A stretch of DNA of 64,000 nt from Macrostomum lignano (lineage: Eukaryota). The DNA is taken from NCBI GenBank assembly GCA_002269645.1, contig NIVC01001008.1, forward strand, positions 1-64,000, written 5' to 3'. Below the pieces are notes generated by a model. It ran no database searches and had not been told where the DNA came from. It was given only the letters and a program-made list of their open reading frames with translations. Made by a program: the position numbers and the translations under genes. How positions within the stretch are numbered: the stretch's first letter is position 1; each line of letters opens with the position of its first letter. Below are positions 12,811-25,736 of this stretch, piece after piece.

Positions 12811-15800
12811 AGCCGCCAAAAGCCAGCTGGGCGATCCGGCGAGCATCTTTGGAGTAGCGCAGCACCCTGCCGATGCCAGTCACCGACTGCAGTGGGACCC
12901 GGGCTCCGCGCCTATCGCTCTGGTAGCCGAGGTGCAGGAAGCGGTGCACCCCGTAGGTACTGGGCAGCAGGACCTGCGGCCGAAGACTCGGATCATCGGC
13001 GAAGTCACCGGAGCTCAGCGAATCGCAGGCTTTCAACTTCAGGGAGAGTTCCTGAAGATCGGCGGGACCGAGGCTGGGCAGCAGGCTACGGTAGCGACCT
13101 GCGCAAGGCGGGGTCCGGTGGAACTCTAGCGGTAGCTGCTCCAGTCATAAACCATATGAGGCGGGGTCCGGTGGCACTCTAGCGGTAGCTACTCCAGTCA
13201 TAAACCATATGAGGCGGGGTCCGGTGGAACTCTAGCGGTAGCTACTCCAGTCATAAACCATATGAGTCGGAGTCCGGTGGAACTGTAGCGGTAGCTACTC
13301 CAGTCATAAACCATTTGAGGCGGGGTTCGGTGGAACTCTAGCGGTAGCTACTCCAATTATAAACTGCGTGACTGCCTTCAGAGAAGCATTAACGCTGCTG
13401 CCACTACTGTAGTTCTCACCTGTCTTTGTTTCCTCTCTCATTACCTTTCCTGGGAGCCGTGCTCCTGCATTACTAATTGATTCCCTACTAGTTAATTGAG
13501 TTTGCTAAGCCATTATAATGCAGTCCTTAATAGTCCAGCAATGAGCACTGGGGAGAAGGAAGTGTGGCACAAGACTATGAGGCCTGAGTGGACCCACACA
13601 GGCCTAAAAAGTTTCCATCCAACGCGCTGCTAGAAATGGACTCACCGCAGTGATTGCGGAACCTGGCCAGGTTGTCAATGAATGGCGAAAATGCCTCGGA
13701 TGGCAGGATGACAGGAGCCGAAGTCGGGCCCTGGTTAGCAACAAATTTCTGCAGGATTTCCGTGAGCGCCAGCGGTCCAGTGGATCTGACGATTTCGGAG
13801 TACTGGCCTGAGTTGTCGGTTATGAATTGTTGGGAAATCCACGATGATAATTGGCTTGATTTGAACTGGGAGATTCAGTGGAAGGTGATCCCGGGAGCAT
13901 TTAACATCGGACCTATCAGATCTAGCATTTCACCTAGGAAATCGACTACTTAACCTAGGAAATCTACCATTTTACTTAAGGAAAACTACTATTTTACCAA
14001 GGAAATCTACTGTTTCACCTAGGAAACCTATCAATTCACATAGGAAATCTACCAGTTCACTTAGAAAATCTACCGTTTCACCTAGGAAATCTACCATTTC
14101 ACCTAGGAGATCTGCTATTTAACCTGGGAAATATGCTACTTAACCTAAAAAATCTACCGTTTGACCTAGTAAATCTAACATTTCATCTAGGAAAGTCGCC
14201 ATCTTACCTCGGAAATCTACCAGTGTTACGAGAATCTATCAGTAGGTTTTGGAAAAATCTCAGTTGACTTAGGAGACCTAGGAAATCGACCATTTGACTT
14301 CAAATCCTACCAATAGGCTTAGGAAATTATCAAGCGTCGCTCACCTGTCCTGCGCGGAAAATATCGCAACGTCTCCACTAGGTGGACAAAGAAGGGATGG
14401 CCGGGTGTGCAGCCCATCACTGAGTTCATAGCGGCCAGCGGTATGTTGTACAGAATGGCCGTCTGCTCCCAGCGCTCCCTATCTAGAAAGCAGCCTTTGG
14501 CGGTCTGCACCAGCTGGTCTACCGGCCGGATGCATTCCACATCCATGTCCATGTACAGGCCTGTTGAGCCAAGGGGATTTCATTAGGACCGAAATTTCAT
14601 GTCGTGAAACTTAAGCTACGTAAAGTTTAAGCGATGTGAAGCTTAAGCGATGTAAAGCTTAAGCTACGTGAAGTTTAAGCGATGTGAAGCTTAAGCTACG
14701 TGAAGTTTAAGCGATGTGAAGCTTAAGCTACGTGAAGTTTAAGCGATGTGAAGCTTAAGCTACGTGACTTTCAGTCGAAGTGAGATTGAATGCATAAATA
14801 TTAGGTCTGTTTCAAGGGTATCCTCAAAACGATCTTTCAAAACGTTAAGCACCGAAATGATGACGCTCAGGTGAAATCTAGCTCGTTTGTTTTATGTTTT
14901 ACCTCTGAAAAAAGCTACAAGCTAAATTTCTGTGTTCTCTAAACAATTGTTTCCAAATTTTTATGATTCTACCGGAGCAATAAAGAAAAAATGGGGCTTT
15001 TTACACGTGAAAATCTCGTTTTGGAACTAGTCAGTCTAGTAAAATAAATGAATGTGAAAGAGTAGTCAGGGTTCTCTTGTAGTTCAAGAACCACGGCATA
15101 GGACTACAGAACTGGAACTTAAGGAGTCCTTGGTAGAATTTCGCTTGACTTTCGATGTTTGATAGCATTTTGTAGTCCTTAAAGGGACTTCCTCATTATC
15201 TACTGAGGCGTATTACGGACAGACAGTTTACTTTAGCTATGTAATATCGCCTGAAGGTTAAGCTGCTTGCGTCACTACTTTAGGGACCGTTTGAAGTTAA
15301 GCTTGTGTCATGACGTAACAATGGTGTACTACTATACTATCTACAAGTATTTAAAGACACAATTAGCAAGATGGGAAATCTACATTTTGAAGCTGGGATG
15401 TATTTGGTCTGATGGGGCTTCATCAGTTTATCGACAATTATCCTTTAACACCATCTTAGTTTATTGAACCGTGTCCAACAGAAGGCTGCCAGAATCATTG
15501 GCGACTCCTTCAAAGTTACATATAGCCTTAGCACTCACAGAACTGTTGGTGGACTGGCTTTTGTCCATGGACTTCTGCGCGGTCAAGGCTCTAGTGGCTT
15601 CTCCCTCTGTTTGCTCCACAGTCGCACTAATGGTCTTCGCTCGAACAGCAAACAGCACAGCTTCTCCTTTAATCTTCCTTGCTCTAGAGCAGAGCATACT
15701 GTAAATTATGGAAGCACTAGCTAATCCTTGGATCAAGCCATCTATTTTCAAGAGCCAGGTGTCTCAATGACCACCTTGATGAGTTTGTTAGACTTCTCTT

Positions 15801-18122
15801 TTCCTTGTCTTGTTCTCCTTCCATTCTCTCCTTTTGTCTTCTTTCGCTTCCTTTCCGCTTTACCTCTTCGTAGCCATGGGGCACCATTGGTGCCATTGGT
15901 CCTTGACCACTGCTATGGTGAGTGCAGCCTAAGCCAGAGAGTCTTGTAATGCAAATTGCATCGCCCACAGTTGAGACGAGAACCGCTGGTGTTATGATGT
16001 GATTTGCGTCACTTAGGGCTGAGATCAGAGAAAACTTGATCACTGCTGTTTTCGGGATGGAAACTTAAACGTGTTCTGGAGTTTAAAAAAGTTTAACCAC
16101 AACGGGAGCAAGAGATTTGCTCGCCGAGATTTGCCCGCCGAGATTTTCCCGCCGAGGTTTGCCCGCAAGGCTTTTTTACTGCAGTGCATTTTTCCCGCTA
16201 GATTCTGTCTGCATTGCCTCCCCAATGCTGAGTACCGCGTAAGTCTTAATAAAGAGATTTGGGGGATAAAGCGACAAGGCATATGCATGAACTATAATAG
16301 CTCACCGATGTACCCCTGGGGCCCTGCATTTATACAGAACTGAATACCGACAAGAAAAATATGAATTTGATATGCAGTTACTATCAAAACTGTTGATCGG
16401 GTAAATCTCTTTATTAAGACTTACTAAGCATTGGAGGGCAATGCAGACAGAATCTGCCGCATGGCAAAATGCGCTGCAGTAAAAAAGCCTTGCAAGCGAA
16501 CCTCGGCGGGAAAAGCTCGGCGGGCAAACCTCGGCGGGAAAAGCTCGGCGAGAAAAGCTCGGCGGGTAAACCTCGGCGGGAAAAGCTCGGCGGGAAAAGC
16601 TCGGCGGGAAAAGCTCGGCGGGAAAAGCTCGGCGGGAAAAGCTCGGCGGGAAAAGCTCGGCGGGTAAACCTCGGCGGGAAAAGCTCGGCGGGCAAACCTC
16701 GGCGGGAAAAGCTCGGCGGGCAAACCTCAGCGGGTAAACCTCGGCGGGAAAAGCTCGGCGGGTAAACCTCGGCGGGAAAAGCTCGGCGGGAAAAGCTCGG
16801 CGGGAAAAGCTCGGCGGGCAAACCTCAGCGGGTAAACCTCGGCGGGAAAAGCTCGGCGGGTAAACCTCGGCGGGAAAAGCTCGGCGGGCAAACCTCGGCG
16901 GGAAAAGCTCGGCGGGCAAACCTCAGCGGATAAACCTCGGCGGGAAAAGCTCGGCGGGAAAAGCTCGGCGGGAAAAGCTCGGCGGGAAAAGCTCGGCGGG
17001 CAAACCTCAGCGGGTAAACCTCGGCGGGAAAAGCTCGGCGGGCAAACCTCGGCGGGAAAAGCTCGGCGGGCAAACCTCAGCGGATAAACCTCGGCGGGAA
17101 AAGCTCGGCGGGAAAAGCTCGGCGGGAAAAGCTCGGCGGGAAAAGCTCGGCGGGCAAACCTCAGCGGGTAAACCTCGGCGGGAAAAGCTCGGCGGGTAAA
17201 CCTCGGCGGGAAAAGCTCGGCGGGCAAACCTCGGCGGGAAAAGCTCGGCGGGCAAACCTCAGCGGGTAAACCTCGGCGGGAAAAGCTCGGCGGGTAAACC
17301 TCGGCGGGAAAAGCTCGGCGGGCAAGCCTCGGCGGGAAAAGCTCGGCGGGCAAACCTCAGCGGATAAACCTCGGCGGGAAAAGCTCGGCGGGAAAAGCTC
17401 GGCGGGCAAACCTCGGCGGGAAAAGCTCGGCGGGCAATTCGTCTGCGGGCATTTCTCATGGACCCAAATACAACACTTAAATTCCAAGCATCCGGAATCC
17501 AAATTCAGGATGCCAAAAAAGAAATTTGATGCATCATGACACACGTTCTGACACAAAGGCCTAGCCTGAAATGCATAATCTAGCTTATCTCAGCATCAAT
17601 GCGGAAAATAAAAAGAGAAATGTTGGCCTTCATTAACCCGGGCGGCAAACATTGTTGCTAACCTCCAAAGTGTCGAATCACCAAGTAGCGACCAAAGTCG
17701 GCCCGCTGCAACGGCTGTCGGTAGCTCATGTAGGTGCTGTTCAACTGGGGATAATGATCCTCAATCAGTTTAATCACGTCCTTGTCTGTCCAAAGCGCGT
17801 ACGAATGATTCAGAACGATAGAACAGGATTTGATGTACTTTATGTAGACAGTTGGAACTTGGTCTGTTTCGTAGAATTGATGCAGGATTCTAGGAAAACT
17901 CGCCGCGGCGCGAGTCTGGGATCGCACGGTGGAGGGGGCGGGTGCAGCGGTCTCTGTAGGCCAGGTTACTGGAGCAGCCAAGGGTGGAAACCGGAGTTCG
18001 GCCGGTACAGACGCACCGGTGGACTGCAGCAGCATCAGAAGGGCGCCGGCTGACAGCGCCAGACTCGCCACCAGGCAGCAGATGAGGCTGCGCTGGCGCC
18101 ATCGTCTTCGCTGGCAGGGCAT
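12800..18122 (-). CDS. GT32-family (DXD, Gly_transf_sug) type II glycosyltransferase, SUR1/CSH1-like (378 aa)
   Basis: Exons 18122-17663, 14560-14345, 13807-13646 and 13098-12800; all three introns are phase 1, GT-AG; 1137 nt in total. N-terminal TM helix, then FPRILHQ, LWTD, QRADFGRY..HFGGLYMDMDVEC, NSVMGCTPGHPFF, STGPLALT and TYGVH. Confidence 0.9.
13105..13355. repeat. 53-bp tandem repeat abutting the GT32 last-exon acceptor
   Basis: GGTAGCTACTCCAGTCATAAACCATATGAGGCGGGGTCCGGTGGAACTCTAGC, about 4.5 copies. Confidence 0.9.
13931..14295. repeat. Degenerate ~21-bp tandem repeat
   Basis: Recurrent CCTAGGAAATCTACCATTT-like units. Confidence 0.75.
14608..14765. repeat. 16/32-bp minisatellite
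   Basis: AAGCTTAAGCTACGTG alternating with AAGTTTAAGCGATGTG. Confidence 0.85.
15330..15950 (+). mobile_element. 3' fragment of a CR1/L2/Jockey-type LINE
   Basis: Translation ..IWSDGAS..LNRVQQKAARIIGD..YSLSTHRTVGGLAFV resembles the post-RT LDRVQRRA.R.I..L..RR.VA.L motif; followed by UTR-like sequence. Confidence 0.65.
16115..17436. repeat. Asymmetric inverted repeat; the right arm is expanded by a 14-16-bp GC-rich minisatellite
   Basis: 16115-16260 is the reverse complement (~85% by eye) of 16403-16545; CTCGGCGGGAAAAG/CTCGGCGGGTAAAC units continue to 17436. Confidence 0.9.
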
Positions 18123-19003
18123 CGCCAAAATTTAAACTCATCGATTGATGCAGAGTCGTGGAATTTTAACTGGATACTCTCTTACTCTCTCTGCTTAGAA
18201 GCTATGCAAACATGGGCAGCCCAGGCAGAAAGTTTCTGACTGGTTGAACCTTCTGTCTCCATGCACCCTGGGCTCTGCTCCCCTCCCTCCCTTTGACCGA
18301 AAAACTCAGGAATCTCCCAATCTTCCTCCTGTTCAGATTCCTGCGGCAAATGGCGGGACAGCCACTTCACCAATTGGAGGTCGGGTGCGTTGTCAAGGAG
18401 GCTTAGAACCAGAACCTGGCGTCGCCACCCCCCCCGCCTTGTTTTCCGACAACTGTAGTAGGCTCAGTCTCAGTTCACTCACGCAACATACGGGCTGTAC
18501 TAAAAATGAGCTGCCTCTATCTAGGTATCTATACGATTGATTTTAAAAAACGCCTCAACTGATCTTCATCAAATTTGCACCGTTCGATCAAAAATCTTCC
18601 AGTGACGGTGCATGTGTCGTGGCTAAGAAATTTCTGAAAAAACAGACATTTTCAAAGGCCAAGCAGAATTTTCGACTTGAAATTCATTGTAAGAGTTGTG
18701 CTTCTGATTCGTCAGTTGACTGACTGAATTGTGACTCCGACTTGAATTGCGTCACAATGTGGAAAACACAATTTAAAAGCAAATCACAAGATTGCATTGC
18801 AACTTGGACTTGGTTTTAGCTGAAGATGGATATTGACTGACTGAGAGATCGATTACGTCATAACTGCTTCTTATCAGACTTAATGTAAGTCTTAAGAATA
18901 TGTGATACAAATTTATGTCATCAATTCAAATTAATGAGCTAGCCTAGATGGCGACAGATTGAAGCGACCTGGCTTCGAAGTTACTACAATAGAAATGCAT
19001 ACT

Positions 19004-19316
19004 TAATAATAATAATAATAATTGATTACACCTGCCCTAATGGCCAGATGTGCAACCGACAGCTCAGCCGCAGCTATGGCGCGGCGCATCTGAGGCTGCG
19101 TACGGCTGTTCAGTCCAAGGACTGGGGGTCGCCACACACCCTCAATCACCCCAGCTAATGCTGGCACCCATTCTACGACCTACAGCTGGGTGAACTGAAG
19201 CAATGCAGAGTTAAGTGTCTCGCTCTCAAGGACACAAATTGTTCCAGTGAAGAGAATCGAACCCCCGACCTTCAAGTTGTGAGTCCGGCGCTCAAACCAC
19301 TGGGCTACAGCCCGCC
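19004..19316 (-). mobile_element. tRNA-derived CORE-like SINE, full length
   Basis: A box TAGCCCAGTGG, B box GGTTCGATTC, central TGTGTCCTTGAG..ACTTAACTCTGCATTGCTTCAGTT resembling the CORE domain, (ATT)n tail; homologous to 40621-40890 and 46621-46762. Confidence 0.85.
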
Positions 19317-19754
19317 TGTAGGCTCTCGAAAGCAGTGGCCTCATCCCGTCATTATCCTCTTCAATCTCGCCAACTTGATTAAAAAATATCAACTTGGTTT
19401 CCCCTATGCGGAACAAACTGCGCGCGTGAGCAGCACAATGGGAGATTAGCTGGGCGTTGTGAAAGCCTTCATTCATTTCCATTTCCCCGAGGAGCGGGAA
19501 TCTGCTTCCGGAAGAAACACCGCTATTGGTTACGGCGATTATTGACGGCGAAGGGAAACACAGAAGGGCAGTTGGAACTACGAGTATTTGCCAGTAATAA
19601 TACTAGAGTAAATAAAAGTACATTGATTACTAAGAGTATTAACAAGACAGTTATATCAACTTTAAAAAGCTCATGTGATTTTGCTAATTCAATTAAACAG
19701 AACAAATATAGTACTTAGATTATACATACGTAGTAGATCTAAGGCTACCTAAGG

Positions 19755-20261
19755 TTATTTCTGTAGTTATTAGAAGGTATCGGCATATTTCTCAAATGAC
19801 ATTTAGAATGATCTCGAGGGAATCGGGAGCGATCTCTAGAGGGAATCGGGAGCGATCTCTAGAGGGAATCGGGAGCGATCTCTAGAGGGAATCGGGAGCG
19901 ATCTCTAGAGGGAATCGGGAGCGATCTCTAGAGGGAATCGGGAAGAGATCTTTAGAGAGAATCGGGAAGAGATCTCTAGAGGGAATCAGGAAGAGATCTC
20001 TAGAGGGAATCGGGAAGAGATCTCTAGAGGGAATCGGGAAGATATCTCTAGAGGGAATCGGGAAGATATCTCTAGAGGGAATCAGGAAGAGATCTCTAGA
20101 GGGAATCGGGAAGATCTCTAGAGGGAATCGGGAAGAGATCTCTAGAGGGAATCGGGAAGAGATCTCTAGAGGGAATCAGGAAGAGATCTCTAGAGGGAAT
20201 CGGGAAGATCTCTAGAGGGAATCGGGAAGATCTCTAGAGGGAATCGGGAGCGATCTTTAGA
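19755..20261. repeat. 22-24-bp minisatellite
   Basis: AGGGAATCGGGAGCGATCTCTAG and AGGGAATCGGGAAGAGATCTCTAG units. Confidence 0.93.
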
Positions 20262-21039
20262 GTTAATTAAAAAAACCAAGGCCAAAAGACAAGTCCAACT
20301 GCATGCATATGAACTGGCGCAGACAGTGCCAGACGAACACACAACCGATTTGCAATGCGCATTATATTGTAGCTTATTTAACGTTCACGATAGCCTACTA
20401 TTAGTAGGAAACAAAGCAAATAAAGAGTATGTTCATATTTCTGTGTACGACGGGTGAAAAAGACGGATAAAAACCAACGATGAATACAAAATAGCTGCGT
20501 ATAAAATATATTCTAGTTAATGAAAACTGTAGGGCTTTTGAGATTCATTTAATTTTTACCGTAAAAACAGTTTTGAAAAGTTTATATATTTATAATATTA
20601 AACATCAACAATAGCTAAATAGCCGTTTTAATTTCTTACTGAACACTGAGTATTTCGCCAAGTAGTGAGTCACTGCAAGCCAGTAAAATGGCTTATTCAG
20701 AATACTGGATAGGCATGGCATGGCATGCAGTTACGTCATCGAGATTTTCAGTTTTTAAAAAGTGAAAAATAACTTTTGTACAGATAAAATACCGCTTGAA
20801 TAAAAATACTTCTTTGTTTTTGCAAGAATAAGTTTAAATTAGTTATTAATGACGATTAGATATGCGACAAAAAAATCCTTGGGTAACATTAACTTAGATA
20901 CTGGTTAATTGAATCATTGCTGTGGTACGAACCAAAAGAGGTCTGAATAATGTCAAGCTTAAAAATTCAAGGAAGTTCCCGCTATGACATACGGCGGTTA
21001 CAAAAAATCCCCGCAGTGAGAATGTTAGGGTAATTCCTG

Positions 21040-21765
21040 ATATATAACAGTTAGGGAGATCCCTGCCATATAACAGCTAGGGGAATCCCAGCAATGAAAC
21101 AGCTGGTGGAATCCATGCAATAAAACAGCTAGGGGAATCCCAGCAATGAAACAGCTAGGGGAATCCTAGTAGTGAAACGGCTAGGGGAATCCCATCAATA
21201 AAACAGCTAGGGGACTCCTAGAAGTGAAACGGCTAGGGGAATCCCATCAATAAAACAGCTAGGGGAATCCTAGAAGTGAAACGGCTAGGGGAATCCCATC
21301 AATAAAACAGCTAGGGGACTCCCAGAAATGAAATGGCTAGGGGAATCCCATCAATAAAACGGCTAGGGGACTCCCAGCAATGAAACAGCTGGTGGAATCC
21401 CTGCCATAAAACAGTTAGGGGAATCCCAGAAATTGAAACGGCTAGGGGAATCCCAGAAATGAAACGGCTAGGGGACTCCCAGGAATGAAACGGCTAGGGG
21501 ACTCCCAGCAATGAAACAGCTGGTGGAATCCCTGCCATAAAACAGTTAGGGGAATCCCAGAAATTGAAACGGCTAGGGGACTCCCAGAAATGAAACGGCT
21601 AGGGGACTCCCAGGAATGAAACGGCTAGGGGACTCCCAGCAATGAAACAGCTGGTGGATTCCCTGCGATAAAACAGCTAGGGGAATCCCAGCAATGAAAC
21701 TGCTGGTGGAATCCCTGCCATAAAACAGCTAGGGGAATCCCAGAAATGAAACGGCTAGGGGAATC
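21040..21765. repeat. ~26-bp degenerate minisatellite
   Basis: AAACGGCTAGGGGAATCCCAGAAATG-like units. Confidence 0.9.
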
Positions 21766-22070
21766 CTTGTTGAATGGATAAGAAAATCCTCGTAAATATT
21801 TTAAATATTTCGAAGTCATTGCTGTAAAAATAAGAGAAATCCCCACTACAAATCGTTTTGAGTAATTCCAAATGTAAAAACACCAGGGAAATCCCAAGCA
21901 TAAATAATTAGAGTAATCAATTTACGCAACAGCCTCACAATGCAATACGTTAACGGAAAACACGAAAAAATGTTTCTATTAGGCGTGATTCTCGCGTTAA
22001 TGCTCATGCGTCGATTGCTCATGATTAAAATGATAATAATTATTGATAAACCAGCAGCAATCAAACAGCT

Positions 22071-24429
22071 TCACAAAGCATCAGGATGCGCAGTCTCGGC
22101 ATTGAGCCGGTGCACCAAATCTAAAGTGTACTGAAGAAACTCGGGCCTGTGCAGGATCTTCAGGTGCTCGGCGCCAGGTATGGTGAAGTTAAACACCGGC
22201 TGGGCCTGCGCCCCGCCGCCCCACAGATCGGCGCAGGCGGCCAGACTCCGGCTGTTCACCGTGCCGTCGCCGTCGTCCCAGTCGACGTCCGGCTGAGCGT
22301 CCGGCCAGTCGGCGTTGCTGCGCCAGATTAACCGGCCGGGCGTCTTCAATCCGTAGCCGTAGACGCAGTGCACCTGGACAGTAATTCATTGATATTCAAG
22401 CATTTCAGATTTCTTTTATTTTTGCCTACTAATAGTAGGCATCAACGAAAACTAAGGGAAAACCGATTCGCAAATTACAGTGGCGAATTACAGAGTAGCA
22501 CTAAAGAACTGAATCAAGACCGAACAAAGACTTCAAGACCCCGCCAATAGTTTAGGGAACAAATAACCTCATCAATAGGGTAGGTAACAAAGACCCCAAC
22601 CAATAGATGATTAAACAAAGACCCTAACCAAGACCCTAACCAATAGATTAAACAAAGACCCCAACCAATAAAGGATGAAACAAAGACCCCAACCAATAGA
22701 TGATTAAACAAAGACCTTATCAATAAGTAGCAATTACAGAGCCCACCGTAATGACAACCAAGACAAACAAAAAACGACTGCACAAAGATTAGTTGAGACA
22801 ATTAAAACAAACAAACCTCAACACCGGGCGGCAGGTCGGGCCGGTAGCCGGCCACAGCGGCGGCGCGCATGCGGCTGCCCAGCTGATAGCCAATATCGAC
22901 AAAAAACTGATCGTACTCAGCGGTCGAATAGTTCCTACCCGGCCGGCTGATCAGGGTCTCTCCGGCTGGCCAGAATTGCGGATGCGGCATCAGCAGCGCC
23001 GTAGACGTCAGCGAGCGTTGCAGCGGTCGCATGGCCAGCGGCCGCTCCAGCGGTATGTCCAAGCTGTCGCCGCTAGACATCAACCGGAGAGCTTTAACGG
23101 CGCCGCCTAGCGGAGCGGCGACGGCTAGCAAAGCGCGCACGTGACGCCGTTTCCAATCTGGCGTCTGCTGTTGCAGCATGGCCAGCGTCACTGTGTTGCC
23201 GTAGCTGTGCGCCACCAGCAAGCAGGGCCGGCCGGCGTTGGCAGCCGTGGTGGCTTCAATTAGCGACTTCAGGTCGGACTGCGGGCAGCCGATTGTTGAG
23301 CAATAGCTTCTTTTTAGTGAGTGGGATTCATTGTTAATACATGTACAGCTTAAAAGTATTTCTTAGATTTGTGAAATTGGTATTTCTATGGCTTCTTGAA
23401 ACGGGTATTTCTACAGGTCTTGAAATGGGTGTTTCTACAGGTCTTGAATTGGATATTTCTACAGGTCTTGAAACGGGTATTTCTACAGGTCTTGAAATGG
23501 GTATTTCTACAGGTCTTGAAATGGTTATTTCTACAGGTCTTGAAATTGGTATTTCTACAGGTCTTGAAATTGGTATTTCTACAGGTCTTGAAATGGGTAT
23601 TCCTACTGATCTTGAAATGGGTATTCCTACAGGTCTGGAAATGGGTATTTCTACAGGTCTTGAAGTTGGTACTTCTACGGGTCTTGAAATGGGTATTCTT
23701 ACAGGTCTTGAAATTGGTATTTCTACGGGTCTTGAAATGGGTATTCTTACAGGTCTTGAAATGGGTATTCTTACAGGTCTTGAAATTGGTATTTCTACGG
23801 GTCTTGAAATGGGTATTCTTACAGGTCTTGAAATGGGTATTCTTACAGGTCTTGAAATTGGTATTTCTACGGGTCTTGAAATGGGTATTTCTACACACCT
23901 GAAACTGGGGATTATCATGCACGCCTCGCCTAAAATCGAAGGGAGCTCCGCGCAGCGTAACATTCCTCCGATAGCCGTAGGCTACCAGCTTGATCGCCAG
24001 ATCGTTAAAATAGGCGCTCGCAGAGATTTTCGAATCGTCAAAGTATTCAACCGTGGCCGTGTCGCCGAATCCAGGCACTCTGGTGACCACTTTCGGCGAA
24101 TTCGATGTCAGGTTAGTAGCCGGATCGAACACTAGGCGGAAATCGTCCACCAGACAATCCACAGTGCCGGCATTCAGCAGCTCCAGGTTGAGCCAGATCG
24201 GATAGAAGTCCGCCGTCCGCTTCGAGCACCAGAAATGAGGCACCGACGGTTTGCCGTCCAGCCGAGCCTGAATCTGGCTGCCGCCGTCGCCGGGGATCAG
24301 GACTATAGGAGTTTTCGGCTGGGACTGATCGGCGTAGCGCAACACGCTGGCGTCTGCTACTGGAGGCACCAGTAGAAGATGCAACAGCAGCAGCAGCGGC
24401 AGCAACGGCGGATGCTGGTGCGTGAGCAT
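22071..24429 (-). CDS. PLA2G15: Lysosomal phospholipase A2 / LCAT-family acyltransferase (431 aa)
   Basis: Exons 24429-23899, 23278-22817 and 22373-22071, both introns phase 0. Signal peptide, PIVLIPGDGGSQIQARL, IWLNLELL, LRGAPFDFRR; catalytic triad in AHSYG (Ser), DGDGTV (Asp) and AEHL (His). Confidence 0.92.
22550..22720. repeat. Degenerate tandem repeat in PLA2G15 intron 2
   Basis: Recurrent AACAAAGACCCCAACCAATA. Confidence 0.7.
23393..23895. repeat. 24-bp minisatellite filling PLA2G15 intron 1
   Basis: ATGGGTATTTCTACAGGTCTTGAA, about 21 copies, starting at the splice donor. Confidence 0.95.
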
Positions 24430-25736
24430 TGCTAAGCTAAATTTTCACTCGGCTTGCTGAAAAAATAGAATTTACAGTTTACAGTACAATAAAAATGCGC
24501 CACATAAACTACTTACTAAGTAGCTTTTGAGCTGTTTTAACTATAGTCTGATAATATAGGAGACTATAAGAAAATTTTCCATTGCTGAACTTGAAGATTA
24601 ATTTGTGCACAAGCTATATGAGATGCTATTTTTAACTATGAACTGATACACAAAGTCAGTGATAAAAGCACAGAAGAAAAATATCTAATGAAATCCCCGT
24701 TAAAAGCAGACTCATAAGTGCTACACAACTGGGATAGAGTTGAGACAAAGCTTTAAAGCTAAGGTCGGCAAAGTATTTTTACCTTAAGGGCCAGATAAAA
24801 GAACCTTAAGGGTTGAGAGAGAGAAGAGGAAAGGAGAGATGAAAGAAGAGAGGAGATGAGAGAGAAGGGGAGAGGAGAGGAGAAAATAGGATAGGAGAGA
24901 AGAGAAGACGCTGAAAAGAGACACTGTGACACAGAAGACGCTGTGAAGTTTCAAAGGACCCGATGGCTGGATAGAGAGGCTTCGCAGGCCGGAGTTTTCC
25001 GACCCCAGGAAAGCCAAGAATTAAGAAACTAGGTCTTGTCCTTCCATCTCACATTAAACAAAACAGGCATAAACTTCACTTGCACACACACTATCAGCAA
25101 TCTAAACGCAGCTAATTTGTAACAAAAGTACTACATTTCTGCATTCGAATAGCTAACCACGTGACAGCAACGAATCTGGCGCTAAAGTATGTATGTAAAC
25201 AAGCTACAATCTTTAAGCAGCAGAAGTTTAAGCAGCCACCTACCTTATCGAAAATCCGACTTGTTTAACGTAGTTGAAAATAACATTAAATGCAACTAAT
25301 GCAATTCATTCCTCTAAGCTTTTTATAGACAGTCAATAATGCCACCGATTTTCACTTGTGCGTCAATTTGCACAGACAGATCTGGGCAGAGGGTGACGGG
25401 CATGAGTGACGCCTCAGGTGTATTAAGCTAGAGGGTGGGCATCTGCTTGTTGCTGTCCTGTTATGCCACAGGTGGGTCAAGATAACAACAGTTGTTGATT
25501 TAGTAGGCCTAATAGGCACAGCAATGCCTAGACGCTTTTCTCCAGACAGGGCATCTTAAGCATAGTAGAAATTGCCAAATGGGGAATCAAGCTATATTTC
25601 TAGTGAATAAATAGTCGAATGGATTTCAAGGTAGCAGACAATGTATAATATGCAGTACAATGTAATGCAGTGATAGTTTCAGTATATTATCATCATATCC
25701 AAAGCTAAAATATAAAATGAATAATTTAAAAAAAAC

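Noticed and set aside
7932-15996. ~40-bp sequence shared by 7932-7972 (+) and 15957-15996 (-)
   Set aside because: Probably a fragment of a dispersed repeat; too short to classify
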